DNA of 63,538 bases, the filler included, from Octopus bimaculoides (taxonomy: Eukaryota): assembly GCF_001194135.2 (NCBI RefSeq). It is 7 parts of 7 records of this genome, joined end to end, with 100 filler letters (N's around TTAATTAATTAA, not from the genome) between each part and the next. Parts side by side here need not be neighbours in the genome. Positions count along the whole stretch, not along the records: positions 24,435 to 33,767 come from NC_068995.1; positions 33,868 to 54,261 come from NC_068997.1; 5 more parts are not named here. One strand, written 5' to 3'. Position 1 is the first letter of the stretch, and every line of letters starts with the position of its first letter. The notes under the pieces were generated by a model, which had not been told where the DNA came from, made no database searches, and was given only the letters and a program-made list of their open reading frames with translations. The position numbers were made by a program, and so were the translations under genes. This document shows positions 25,329 through 37,616 of this stretch, piece after piece.

Positions 25329-25688
25329 CAAACATATACACACACATACACACATATATTAAACATACAGTGACGTACATGCACTTACAAGAACACACAC
25401 ACCTATATGTATGCACAGGGGAAAGAAAAATAGAGACATACATGATAATAATATTATCTCCAACATACTTTCAATTATTGAAGCATTCTATTAGATTTAA
25501 TGCCACCGAGTTTAATCGATGTGACATACAGCTTATGCATTGGAAATACACCCCATGTAAAGATAATTTAATTGCCTAAAACATACGTAAAAATCTTCTG
25601 ACGTTATTACTATTAGCATAACTTCTGGCCATTGGGTCGTAGTTGAATCGCTTTCGCAGTTTTCTTTATTATTATTTATACATTTAAA

Positions 25689-27600
25689 GGCGGCGAGCTG
25701 ACACAATTGTTAACACGCCGGACAAAACACGTTACGGCATTTCGTCAGTCTTTACATTCTGGTTTCAATTTCTGTCGAGGCCGACTTTGCCGTTCATCAT
25801 TCGGAGTCGATAAACTAAGAACCAGTCGAGCATAATTATAATCGACTAGCCACTCCGACCAAATTTCAGGCCTTGTGCCTTTAGTACAAAGGATTATTTA
25901 CACATGTAAAGTCGGCGAGCTAGCAGAATCGTTAGCACACCGAGTAAAATGCTTAGCGGTTTTCGTCCGTCTTTACATACTGAGCTCAAATTCTGTCGAG
26001 GTCAACTTTGCCGTTCATCCTTTCGAAGTCGATAAAATATGTACCAGTTGAGCACTGGGGTCGATATAATCGACTAGCCTTCGCACCCGAAATTCTTAGT
26101 CTGATATCTATAATCCTTTCTACTGAAGGCACAAGGCGTTATGTTTGTGGGGTGGGGACTAATCGATTATATTAACCCCAGTGTTTCACTAGTACTTAAT
26201 TTATCGATCCCGAAAGGATTAAAGGCAAAATCGATCTCGGCGGAATTTGAACTCAGAACGTAACGACAGGCGAAATACCACTAGGCATTTCGTACTGCGC
26301 ATTAACTTTTCTGCCAGCTCACTCCCTCCTCGTACCTATAATAGAAAGTATTTAAACGTTTAGCATTAACCTACAGATATTTGAAGGAAATGATTTAACC
26401 GATTTCATCATCGACCTTAGTTTATTTGAATAGGCAAAGTGGCAACATTATATGCTGGTTAAATATACTTACCACAGTACTTGGCTGGTATTTATTTTAT
26501 CGATCCTAAAGGAAATAAAAAGCAATGTCGCCTCCATCTGTATTTGAATTTAGAATGTAAAAAGCCATTTCTAAATATCACAAGGACTTATGTGCAACTT
26601 TATCATACCAAAGTACGACCACAATCCTATAGTTTCTAATTTGAACATAAGACCTGAAAGTTTTAAGGGAAGCGATTAGTCGACAGCATGCACTCTTGTA
26701 CTTTACTGGATCGAACTGGGAATAAAGGAGCCAACACTGTCTTCGGTGGTGTTTGGACGTAAAGAGTTAGATGAAGTACTGTAAAGCATTTAGCCTGATG
26801 CTCAAGCGATACTGCCACCTCATTACCTTCTTTGATCTTAATAATTATTCAAAGTATTGGCGCAAGGCTCGCAATGATGAAGGAAAGGATAAGCGCATTA
26901 CATCGATCTCGGTGCTCGACTGGTACTTATTTTAATGACACTGAAATGATAACAAAAACGGTCAACCCTGGCGGTATTTGAACTCAGAACATAAAGACGG
27001 ACGAAATGCCGCTAAGCACTTTACACGGCAAGGAAACGATCCTGAGAGATCACTATCTTACTCGATTGTAATAATGATCTCCTAATACAGAGTACAATAC
27101 AATAAATCTTGGAGGAAAGTCGTTCGAATCTATTGCTTCACTGTAGCATATTTTGACTGCTGCTTTATTTAGACATGCGACTAAATACCAACTATACGAA
27201 TCCTGCTTTAAGGCCAGAAATCTAGATGTGGATGAACAGTCGATTACATTGATTTCAGTACTTAAGTGCTACCTGCTTTTATGATCCACGAGGGGAGGAA
27301 AAACGCAGCTAGCTTTGGTGGGGTTTGATATCAGAATGTAAATCGCGTTAATTAAATACCAGTAGGTATCTTTCCGACTATCTTACGAATATGTAATTCC
27401 ATAAAATGGTTGCGAAGTTTGGCACTAGGCTAGAAATTATAGGAGGAGGAATAAATCGATTATATCGACCCCACTCCCATTACTCAACTGTTACATATTT
27501 TATCGGCCCCAGAGGGATGAAAGGCAAAATTGACCTCACTATTATTTTAACCCAGAAACCAAAGAGCGGGAACATATGCTGCAAAGCACTTTTGTCTGTA
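25689..27600. mobile_element. Cluster of six or more tRNA-SINEs of one family: + at 25689-25896 and 25911-26105; - at 26112-26325, 26855-27055, 27235-27380 and 27415-27600
   Basis: Shared GGCGGCGAGCTGGCAGAATCGTTAG ... GAGTTCAAATTC ... GAGGTCGACTTTGCC-TTCATCC-TTCG--GTCGATAAA. The central domain resembles the MetaSINE-type domain (from memory, not aligned). Confidence 0.85.
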
Positions 27601-29104
27601 ACTGAGTGGTTCTTATTTTGTTGACACAGAAGGTGGAAACATTTATCGGACTTGAAAAGATTCACTCTTAAAACGTAAAATGATAGTGATTTTAATTTAT
27701 AATTCCCTTACAAATAAAATATTTCTAGAAATTCTCTGATTATTCTCTGATTTTTACAATTGCTAGTCCTTTTTACCATTGATTAATCACAAGTACTTCT
27801 TTTGCCTATAATTAATTCCTAACGTTGATACATATTTCTGCCAAGTTCAACACCTGTTATAAGGAAAGGCAAAGTTAACCCGGAGAATTTTAAAATCAGA
27901 AAGCAAAGAAAAATGTAAAAATGCCACTAATTCATTTGTCCTGCCCACTTTCTTAATTCTATCCATCCATCTTTTCCACCCACTTTTCCTGGGAGGGGCG
28001 TTGTGGGATAGAGTCCTCAGGTACATCCTCCATAGGATCCCATTCAGAAGCAATTGTTATTAGATTTTCAGTTAGATTCTCAAGCAAAAATAAATGAGAC
28101 TATGGATATCATTTAACCATCTCGGTTTTGTCCTACCTGTAGGTCTGCTACTGATTGGCCCGGCTTAAAGAACCTGTTTTGAGAATTTTGAACATATATC
28201 CGTAGCACCGGAGTATAACGTACTAGTTAAATATATTTGAAAATATGTTTTAGAAATACAGTTTGTTATAATCGCCTTTCAAAAAATATAAAATGATGGA
28301 GAACGTTTTATTTGTTTCAACGATATCCTTTCAGAATGAACAAAAATTAAACTGTTTATTTTTGCAGGGATTGACACCAAATATTTTTTCACTATTTTTT
28401 TTTTGTTATTATTATCTATGCTAAAGCAGAATTTCTGTGACGAATGATTTCTGGCTGATAAGCGAATATTCTAGGTTTTTTACGGAATGGCAAGAATGTA
28501 CTTCATATCATCTATATTTCCTTTCAACTGATTTTGGTTTTTTGAACATTTCATAAAGTATAACTCTACTTCAGTCTGACAATATTGACATTCAAATAAG
28601 TGCGTAACTGATTAATAGAAATAAAGCTAAAATTAAATTCGTGGTGGAATAAAATACTGTAGGTGACATTGACATTCGAAATTTTACATTGGTTGCATTC
28701 TTTTGCAAGCCCGACACTATGTACTATTAGTATCTATACGGAAACACTGGTTGTGTTTCGGTATAAATACTGAATTCTTGGGTAAAAGTACGCTTCTCCG
28801 TACCAGCTGTAATAATATCGAAAGAATCACTAGATAGAAGTAATGTTTATCGCCACATCACTATGGCTGTTCGACGTTATAACCGTTTCTAACTCCAAGA
28901 GCCTCCTCCAGCTGGTAATCAATGCCATTTGCACAAGGTATATATATTGCATTCAGGGGAGCGAAACCCTACCATCTTCTAGTAGACGACGAGATCATCA
29001 GATCGATCAGTTTCGGGCTATTTTTGCTCATCGTTAGTGGTGAACACTCGGCCGCTAGAGATAACAGGAATTCGCTCCGGTTTGCAATTTAAAGAAAACC
29101 AAGT

Positions 29105-29258
29105 GAGAATCTTATTTCTTTGCTGCCCACAAGGGGCTACACACAGAGGAGACAAACAAGGACAGACAAACGGATTAAGTCGATTATATCGACCTCAGTG
29201 CATAACTGGTACTTATTTAATTGACCACGAAAGGATGAAAGGCAATGTCGACCTCGGC
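29105..29258 (-). mobile_element. Same SINE family, 3' half with a distinct tail; further copies at about 41595-41860 (+), 43562-43775 (-), 44418-44625 (-), 51625-51845 (-) and 59436-59535 (-)
   Basis: GATGAAAGGCAA-GTCGAC-CTCGGC and TACTTA-TTTATCGACC motifs appear in each copy. Confidence 0.8.
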
Positions 29259-29859
29259 TATTCGATGTTACTGCAGTTTTTAATCCCAGGAAGAGCCTCC
29301 TCCTGATGGTTATCGATAAACATTACTTCTCAGTATAGTTACTACTTTCATCTCTGATAGAGATTTTCTAACTAGCTACTTTGCTTAGTCACTACATAAA
29401 TGTAGGAAATATTATGCTTGTCGATGTAAAATTGGTATTGCTTAGAAATCTAATGATTTAAAGAGAGCATCCATATCAAATGGAAGAGTTAGTTGAGTAA
29501 TAACATAATTAATGATTACGGAATGAAGTATATCGTACAGAAAAGGGGCGGTATCAATTAATGTCTAATACATATGTCGTCTTAGATGAATCATATAATT
29601 TTTCTAATTTCTTTTATGGTAATGAAAAGCGCGTACTCCTATATATAACTGGCAATAGTGACAGCTTATAAAAATACATGTGTTCTGCTAGAGATAGCTC
29701 TAACACTAACTTTTTACTTTCTACAGTATGATAATGCTTTTAACCTGAAGACTGTCGTTACAACTCTGAGCATTTACGAATCTGTGGTGTCACATCTGCA
29801 TATGCTTTACGCTCCTACCCCTTCTACCGTTAATAACTTCGGGGAAAAGCAAAAATTTA

Positions 29860-29890
<31 letters not shown>

Positions 29891-31352
29891 NNNNNNNNNN
29901 NNNNNNNNNNNNNNNNNNNNNNNNNNNNNNNNNNNNNNNNNNNNNNNNNNNNNNNNNNNNNNNNNNNNNNNNNNNNNNNNNNNNNNNNNNNNNNNNNNNN
30001 NNNNNNNNNNNNNNNNNNNNNNNNNNNNNNNNNNNNNNNNNNNNNNNNNNNNNNNNNNNNNNNNNNNNNNNNNNNNNNNNNNNNNNNNNNNNNNNNNNNN
30101 NNNNNNNNNNNNNNNNNNNNNNNNNNNNNNNNNNNNNNNNNNNNNNNNNNNNNNNNNNNNNNNNNNNNNNNNNNNNNNNNNNNNNNNNNNNNNNNNNNNN
30201 NNNNNNNNNNNNNNNNNNNNNNNNNNNNNNNNNNNNNNNNNNNNNNNNNNNNNNNNNNNNNNNNNNNNNNNNNNNNNNNNNNNNNNNNNNNNNNNNNNNN
30301 NNNNNNNNNNNNNNNNNNNNNNNNNNNNNNNNNNNNNNNNNNNNNNNNNNNNNNNNNNNNNNNNNNNNNNNNNNNNNNNNNNNNNNNNNNNNNNNNNNNN
30401 NNNNNNNNNNNNNNNNNNNNNNNNNNNNNNNNNNNNNNNNNNNNNNNNNNNNNNNNNNNNNNNNNNNNNNNNNNNNNNNNNNNNNNNNNNNNNNNNNNNN
30501 NNNNNNNNNNNNNNNNNNNNNNNNNNNNNNNNNNNNNNNNNNNNNNNNNNNNNNNNNNNNNNNNNNNNNNNNNNNNNNNNNNNNNNNNNNNNNNNNNNNN
30601 NNNNNNNNNNNNNNNNNNNNNNNNNNNNNNNNNNNNNNNNNNNNNNNNNNNNNNNNNNNNNNNNNNNNNNNNNNNNNNNNNNNNNNNNNNNNNNNNNNNN
30701 NNNNNNNNNNNNNNCAGTTACTGTTAATACTTCATTTAGAGAATTAACATTGCTTATATATATATATATAAACAAATAGTAAATGAGTATATGCATATAT
30801 ACGTACAGGTATGTGCATACCGACATCCACCTGTATGTATAGGTGCATATCTAGGTACAGGACATTGCAAACAAAACAGAGATGAGAAAACACACAAGCC
30901 ACATAGAGAACATTCTACTTCATCAGCTACCTCCGTTTTAACACCGGCGTTTCGAAGAACTAGGCAGGACGCATCATACATCCATACACATATGTATATC
31001 TTTGCGTGTGCTTGTGTGTGTGTGCGTGTGTGTGTGTACGTGCGGGCGTGTGTGTCTGATTGTGTGTGTGTATGTACGTGTGTGTAGTATAGACCTTGTG
31101 TCGAAAGAAGAGTGATATACGTTTGGCAGCTGATATTCGGAATACACATATGTTACGCTGGATTTTAAATTTCTAATGTTATAGCGTCTCTATTCTGAGT
31201 TGTCTCCCCATCCTTGAAAAGTGAAAAGTGTTTGTGTTGTGGATACATAGTTTGTGGGTATTAGTTATTTTTGTTTGTTTTTCTTCATAGGTAATCTAGT
31301 TAGACTTTGATAAAGTTTAGATATTGAGTGCCTAGTTTTGGGAGGTTCTATG

Positions 31353-31434
<82 letters not shown>

Positions 31435-31445
31435 ACACACACACG

Positions 31446-31485
<40 letters not shown>

Positions 31486-32890
31486 TATATATATATGTGT
31501 GTGTGTGTGTGTGAGAGTGAGAGAGAGAATGAAAGAAAGAGAGACATGTCAGCTGTTACGTGAAAATGATAAGAATCCAAATATTCCTAATATACTTGTA
31601 TCTGGGATTTCGACATATTATAAGTGCCTGTCGAGGGTCGCCATGGATACGAAAGATATTTTTTAAAAATAAGTCATAGGGCCGATTTGTCACACTAAAC
31701 ACCCTTCAAGGCGCAACCATGAAATTTCTGAAAGGAGTCACAGCCTGATTGTAGTAAAACTGCATGGAAGACAAGAAAAGAAGAGACAAATAACTGTCAA
31801 ACTGCAAATTGCAGACAATGAAAATTGAGAAATCCACAGTTTAGAATCAACACTCCGAATGACTAACGTGTATGGAAAAGGATGGGGAAGAGACAGATAT
31901 TACAGAAGACATGATACAGATTGAGGACATGAATCAGATTTTCATGAAGAAATCTGTGGTAACAGCACATTCAACAATTTTCCATTCTATAAATGATCAA
32001 AGGTATCTTTAATATAATAGAGAAGCGTCAAAAAATTTACTTCAAAATTAAAGGCATACAAACTCTATTTATAAATTTGAGTAAAGAAAGCTATTTCTAG
32101 ATAAAACAAGCTAAGTCACCTCAGGATATCAATGATGTTAAGACTATCTCTAAAACAAATTATGAAGCAATCATCACACACAAAAATAAGCATGCAAAAG
32201 CAAGCACACAAAAACCCACACATACAGAATCTCCTCAAAACTCATTTACATATTTTGAACAACAACCAATCAACCGTTTAATGACTTTCTCAGACTGAAG
32301 TGAATGAATTACTGAAATTAATAAACACTCGGATATTTCTGGGCACTTGTGTTAACAGAACAGCCATTTTTCATACTTTGACAAACCACCGACATTTCTG
32401 TATAAGCACTGAAATCAATTAACAGCCGGTGCTTTTGGACAAAGCTGTCACTCAAACTGATTAGAAAACAACCTTCTCCAAAACACAATATTTGTTTAAA
32501 TATTCGATACACACATTCGCGCGCGCGCCCCTGCATACATGTGTATGTATGTATATACACATGTGTATATACGTACATACAGTATATATGCAACACACGT
32601 TATAGGTCGTCGGACTTAAGTGGCCACAATCAAAAGTCACTTATTCTTAAACACTCACACAAGCAAATAAATGCAAAGATGTTTGAATTCCTGATATTTT
32701 TCAACAAAAGAGCTGATATCTCTCACACATATATAAATCAAAACCGTTGTATACGATAATCAAGTATGTTTGAAAAATCCCATGCGGAATGAGAAGTGAT
32801 AAGTAATAAAAAGTATTTCAACAAATTCTGACTACTTCCTTCTATTATTGATACGAAAATATCTGTACACTGTTGCAGACACTCTGTACA

Positions 32891-32953
<63 letters not shown>

Positions 32954-33037
32954 CTGTCTGTCTAGCTAACTCTATATACATACATACATATATGCACACA
33001 TATATACACAAACATATACATACATAAATATGTGCGT

Positions 33038-33078
<41 letters not shown>

Positions 33079-33721
33079 CATGTGTGTGTATCTCCGTTAT
33101 AGGATATTAATATATGATAAATATATATATACACACACACATATGCATGAAATTACCTATATGTGCATATTTGTGTGTAGCTGTGTATATCTATCTATTC
33201 ATCTATCTATATATCTGTGTGTGTATGTATATATTTATGTATCTATAATGATGCACAGGTAGGTAGATAGTTCTAGATATAGATGTACGCACGCACGTAT
33301 ATATATGTATATAACCCTATTGCCCTCCCTCTCATTACCACACCTGACATTCAATATTCCTATTCCACACCTGAAGTTTCTTTCATCTCAAGAAATGTGA
33401 TCCCACAACAAAAGCGTCCCTATCTTTGAAATTACTCTATTTACCCCTTCACTTATCTCTGTTTATTTACTCACTAAACTGCCACATAAGGAGGACCCTA
33501 CAGCTGGTTATATATACACAATGTTGACACTGTAAGTTTACTCGCTGAACTAACGTTCGCATTGCGGTTCTTAATAAGCTCTGCTCGCCGCCCATGGTCA
33601 AACGAAAGATAAAAACTTCCAGATAAAGTCTTGAATCAGTTGGCTTTCGCAGATAAATTAGTTCGTTTCTTGCCAATATTATTGGAATTACCACTAAATA
33701 TATTTATTGTAGTTGTTTTTC

Positions 33722-33761
<40 letters not shown>

Positions 33762-33867
33762 ATATATNNNNNNNNNNNNNNNNNNNNNNNNNNNNNNNNN
33801 NNNNNNNNNNNTTAATTAATTAANNNNNNNNNNNNNNNNNNNNNNNNNNNNNNNNNNNNNNNNNNNN

Positions 33868-35000
33868 TATTTACAAACTTGGGATGTGGTTATATTCGCA
33901 CTCCTGGTGTATCTCTGATAGGCTCCGGGCCTGGGGATGCCGTCGGTAACACCGTTGTTGACGCAGTCGATATGGCGCGTGGATCCGGTGGTGGTATCGC
34001 CGTGGTTATCACTACTGGTCACATGGTTGGCGATGCAGCTGCCGGTGTTAGTGCGGGTGGGGCCGGTGGTAACATGGTATGGGACCAGTCATCCCATCGG
34101 TGTCGATGATAATTGTTTGGTCATCATCTGTGGTGGTGGTACTGGGAACGCCGGATACCTCCTCTGTGTCGCTGGTCCTGGATTGGTCATTATCTCAAGT
34201 TGTGGCGATTATACTGGTGGTAACATATGGTGCGAGGCTGACCACTCTACCTGTGTCTATGACAATGGTTTGTCCATCATCACTGGTGATCTAAACTAAT
34301 AGGTATACGGTCTGAGTGCTCCAATTGATAAGCTTCTAGGATCCAAATTCACAACGGGGACTGGAGTTGTGGTAGCCACCGTCCAATAGGGAGAGGACCG
34401 GGGATCCGTAGCCTTCCTCCGAGTCAGTAGGTATAATTTAAAAAAGAGAAAGCAAGACAAGCTTATCAGTTCATTTAAATTAATTTAATGGTGAAGGGAA
34501 GTAAGCAAAAAATAAAATAAAAGTAACATAATAGTGTCTTACAGGTGTTTCTGGGATATCCCAGGTAATGGATCAATGTGCTGATCCACATTTCCGTATA
34601 CTGGTTATTCTGTCATCGGAGGCGAAATATAAAGCACGTAAGTAAGAGAAATATAGGCAAGAAACTTTTATGTGGAGATGTAAAGAAAAATTTGATGTAG
34701 AGAAATGTGTAGGAAGCTATGAAGTTCAAGGTTCGTTATAGCTCATAGTTCATCCTGTTCCGGAGGGTATGGAGGGGGTGTCTATCCATATTCCCGTGAA
34801 GGTGTACCTCCTTACGCGTATTCCTAAGAATGTAGGAATATAACGAACATTGAACTTCATACCTTGCTACACATTTCGCGACATCTTCAAATTTTAGAAA
34901 AAATAAATAAGTAAATGATGGCAATCGAACCGGTGAGTGTGTTAAATAATAAGGCACTAAAAGAGAATGACTCTCTCCAGACACAATAATATGTATATAT
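33868..35000 (-). mobile_element. Unclassified element (possibly Penelope-like): structured non-coding end plus decayed Thr/Asp-rich ORF
   Basis: GC-richer island. The minus-strand frame reads TSDDGQTIVIDTG ... / TTDDDQTIIIDTDG ... (internal repeat). Multiple inverted repeats lie at 34551-34885, with a hammerhead-like core near 34577-34625. No RT or GIY-YIG domain is visible. Confidence 0.4.
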
Positions 35001-35014
35001 ATATATATATCTTT

Positions 35015-35463
35015 ATTTTTATCTTTTACTTGTGTCAGTCATTTGACTGCGGCAATGCTAGGGCACCACCTTCAGGGATTTTAGTCGAACAAATCGAAAC
35101 AGGACATTTTTAAAGCCTAGCTCTTATTCTATCAGCATTTTTTGCCGAACCGCTAGTTTACGGGAACGTNNNNNNNNNNNNNNNNNNNNNNNNNNNNNNN
35201 NNNNNNNNNNNNNNNNNNNNNNNNNNNNNNNNNNNNNNNNNNNNNNNNNNNNNNNNNNNNNNNNNNNNNNNNNNNNNCACACACACACACACACACACAC
35301 ACTCATCTATACGATAGGCTTTTTTCAGTTTCCGTCTACCAAATATTCTCACAAAGATTTGGTCGGCCCGAAGCTATAGTAGGAGACTCTCGTCCAAAAT
35401 GCCATATAGTGGGACTGAACCCGGAACCATATGGTTGGGAAGCAAGCTTCTTACCACACAGCC
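35015..35463 (-). mobile_element. CORE-like tRNA-SINE (head 35308-35463, internal microsatellite/gap, body and tail 35015-35170)
   Basis: Reverse complement of the element at 55016-55410. Confidence 0.8.
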
Positions 35464-35844
35464 AAATCAAAAATGAAAATAAAACAAAACAGTAAAATTC
35501 CAAAGGACAGTGAATGTATAATGAATGTCTTTGTTATGGGTTCTAATATGCCTCAAGCATATTAGAACCCATAACCAGTCATTGAACGATGATGGGAATA
35601 TGATAAGAGGAGGCCTGTCTCTCATGTCAGTTCGTAGCGCTTCCCTTTCCGGTTTCTATAGCTGAAGAGAAGATAACCACTCCGAAATGCATGCATCGAA
35701 CAGTCTGGTTAGGGGGGCACTGTGAGCTGACTCACAATTTTCTTTATAACAAAATACAGTGAGACAATCTTCTCCATAGCAAAATACAGTGAATGGCTTT
35801 CTCATGGATTTGAATATGTCTTAAGCATACTTGAACAGGTATGC

Positions 35845-35889
<45 letters not shown>

Positions 35890-36574
35890 CGTGCGTGTAT
35901 GTGTGTGAATATGTCTGTGTATACGTGTGTGTGTGTGTTTGTCTCCCGCCACTGTTTGACAACCGGTGTGGGCTTGTTTACGTTCCCGTAACCTTGAGTT
36001 CTGGAAGAGAGAACGTTAGAATAACCAGGCTTTAAAAGAAATTAGTANNNNNNNNNNNNNNNNNNNNNNNNNNNNNNNNNNNNNNNNNNNNNNNNNNNNN
36101 NNNNNNNNNNNNNNNNNNNNNNNNNNNNNNNNNNNNNNNNNNNNNNNNNNNNNNNNNNNNNNNNNNNNNNNNNNNNNNNNNNNNNNNNNNNNNNNNNNNN
36201 NNNNNNNNNNNNNNNNNNNNNNNNNNNNNNNNNNNNNNNNNNNNNNNNNNNNNNNNNNNNNNNNNNNNNNNNNNNNNNNNNNNNNNNNNNNNNNNNNNNN
36301 NNNNNNNNNNNNNNNNNNNNNNNNNNNNNNNNNNNNNNNNNNNNNNNNNNNNNNNNNNNNNNNNNNNNNNNNNNNNNNNNNNNNNNNNNNNNNNNNNNNN
36401 NNNNNNNNNNNNNNNNNNNNNNNNNNNNNNNNNNNNNNNNNNNNNNNNNNNNNNNNNNNNNNNNNNNNNNNNNNNNNNNNNNNNNNNATATATGCGTATA
36501 TATTGTGTCTTTGTGCCTGTGTTTGTCCCCCACCACCTCTCGACAACCGGTCACTTATACTATAATAATATATA

Positions 36575-36950
36575 TAACAAGAGCACTCAGAGAGCGCAAA
36601 CCTCCGCCAAAGCAACATCAACGTGCTCTCAACGATTAACCGGAGATGATTTTTAAAATGAGAATATCTGAAATAAACTCGACTGCTCTCACAAACGAGA
36701 ATACTAAAAATGAACCCGCCCACTCTCAAAAATTAAGTAAGAAAATCTGAGAAAAATAATTCAGAATCCTTGTCCAGTATCGGATCGATCCCAAAATCTA
36801 ATCAGTTCGTGTCAAACATCCATGAACGTTTCATCCGCATCCATCGAGCATTTCTTGAGATATCTTATCCAGGGATAAACAAACAAACAAACAAACAAAC
36901 AAACACGACTGAAAACAATATCTCCACCTTAGCGAATGCGGAGGTAATAA
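36575..36950 (+). mobile_element. Helentron-associated (HINE/DINE-1-like) non-autonomous element
   Basis: Subterminal ACCTCCGCC near the left end (36600), internal (CAAA)n, and a right-end stem-loop CTCCACC ... GCGGAGGTAAT. This is the architecture typical of HINEs. Confidence 0.55.
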
Positions 36951-37584
36951 AAGACTAATAGAAAACTGTATTTAGGAGTAAATATTACTCAATATTCAGG
37001 GACAAAAGGCAAATTAGGCTCTGTTTTATAATTCATGTTCGGTAAATGCATGCTATCAGTTGCTTTTAAAAATACCCACGGATCGGGAAACTCGGAATAG
37101 TCATGGAGTAAAGGTTTAGTATTAAATACAAGCACACACACTTACAGGCCGCGCTCATTCGGTTCCATTTGCGTGTGTGAGTATGTTTTCATAGTTTTAC
37201 GTATAATTGTTACATGTGTAAATATCATATGCACACAGACATTAGTACACGTTCAAATATGTAAATACGCATGCAAACATACATACACACATATACATGC
37301 TATACATACTCGTGTGTGTGCGTCCGTATGTTTACGCGTATAGATATGTATATACTAAACCTATATGTACACACGCACACACACACACACGACACACATA
37401 TGTATGCATACACATACACACACACACACACACACATATACGTGTTTGTATAAAAATGTGTCTCTTTTAAATACACACACATAAATATATATATATACAT
37501 ACACACACACACTCACACGCACACATATATATGATATATATACATGTGTATATGTATATATGAATATATATATATTTACATGAA

Positions 37585-37616
<32 letters not shown>

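Noticed and set aside
27950-28185. Minus-strand peptide-like stretches (FFKPGQSVADLQ followed by GTAGGA; LENLTENLITIASEWDPMEDVPEDSIPQRP)
   Set aside because: Splice acceptors are weak, no protein is recognisable, and the stretches are too short to support without RNA data.
30880-30975. Minus-strand CGAAA ... CTGATGA hammerhead-like words; also CTGATGA ... GAAA near 40785
   Set aside because: The required helices I-III cannot be formed in any topology.
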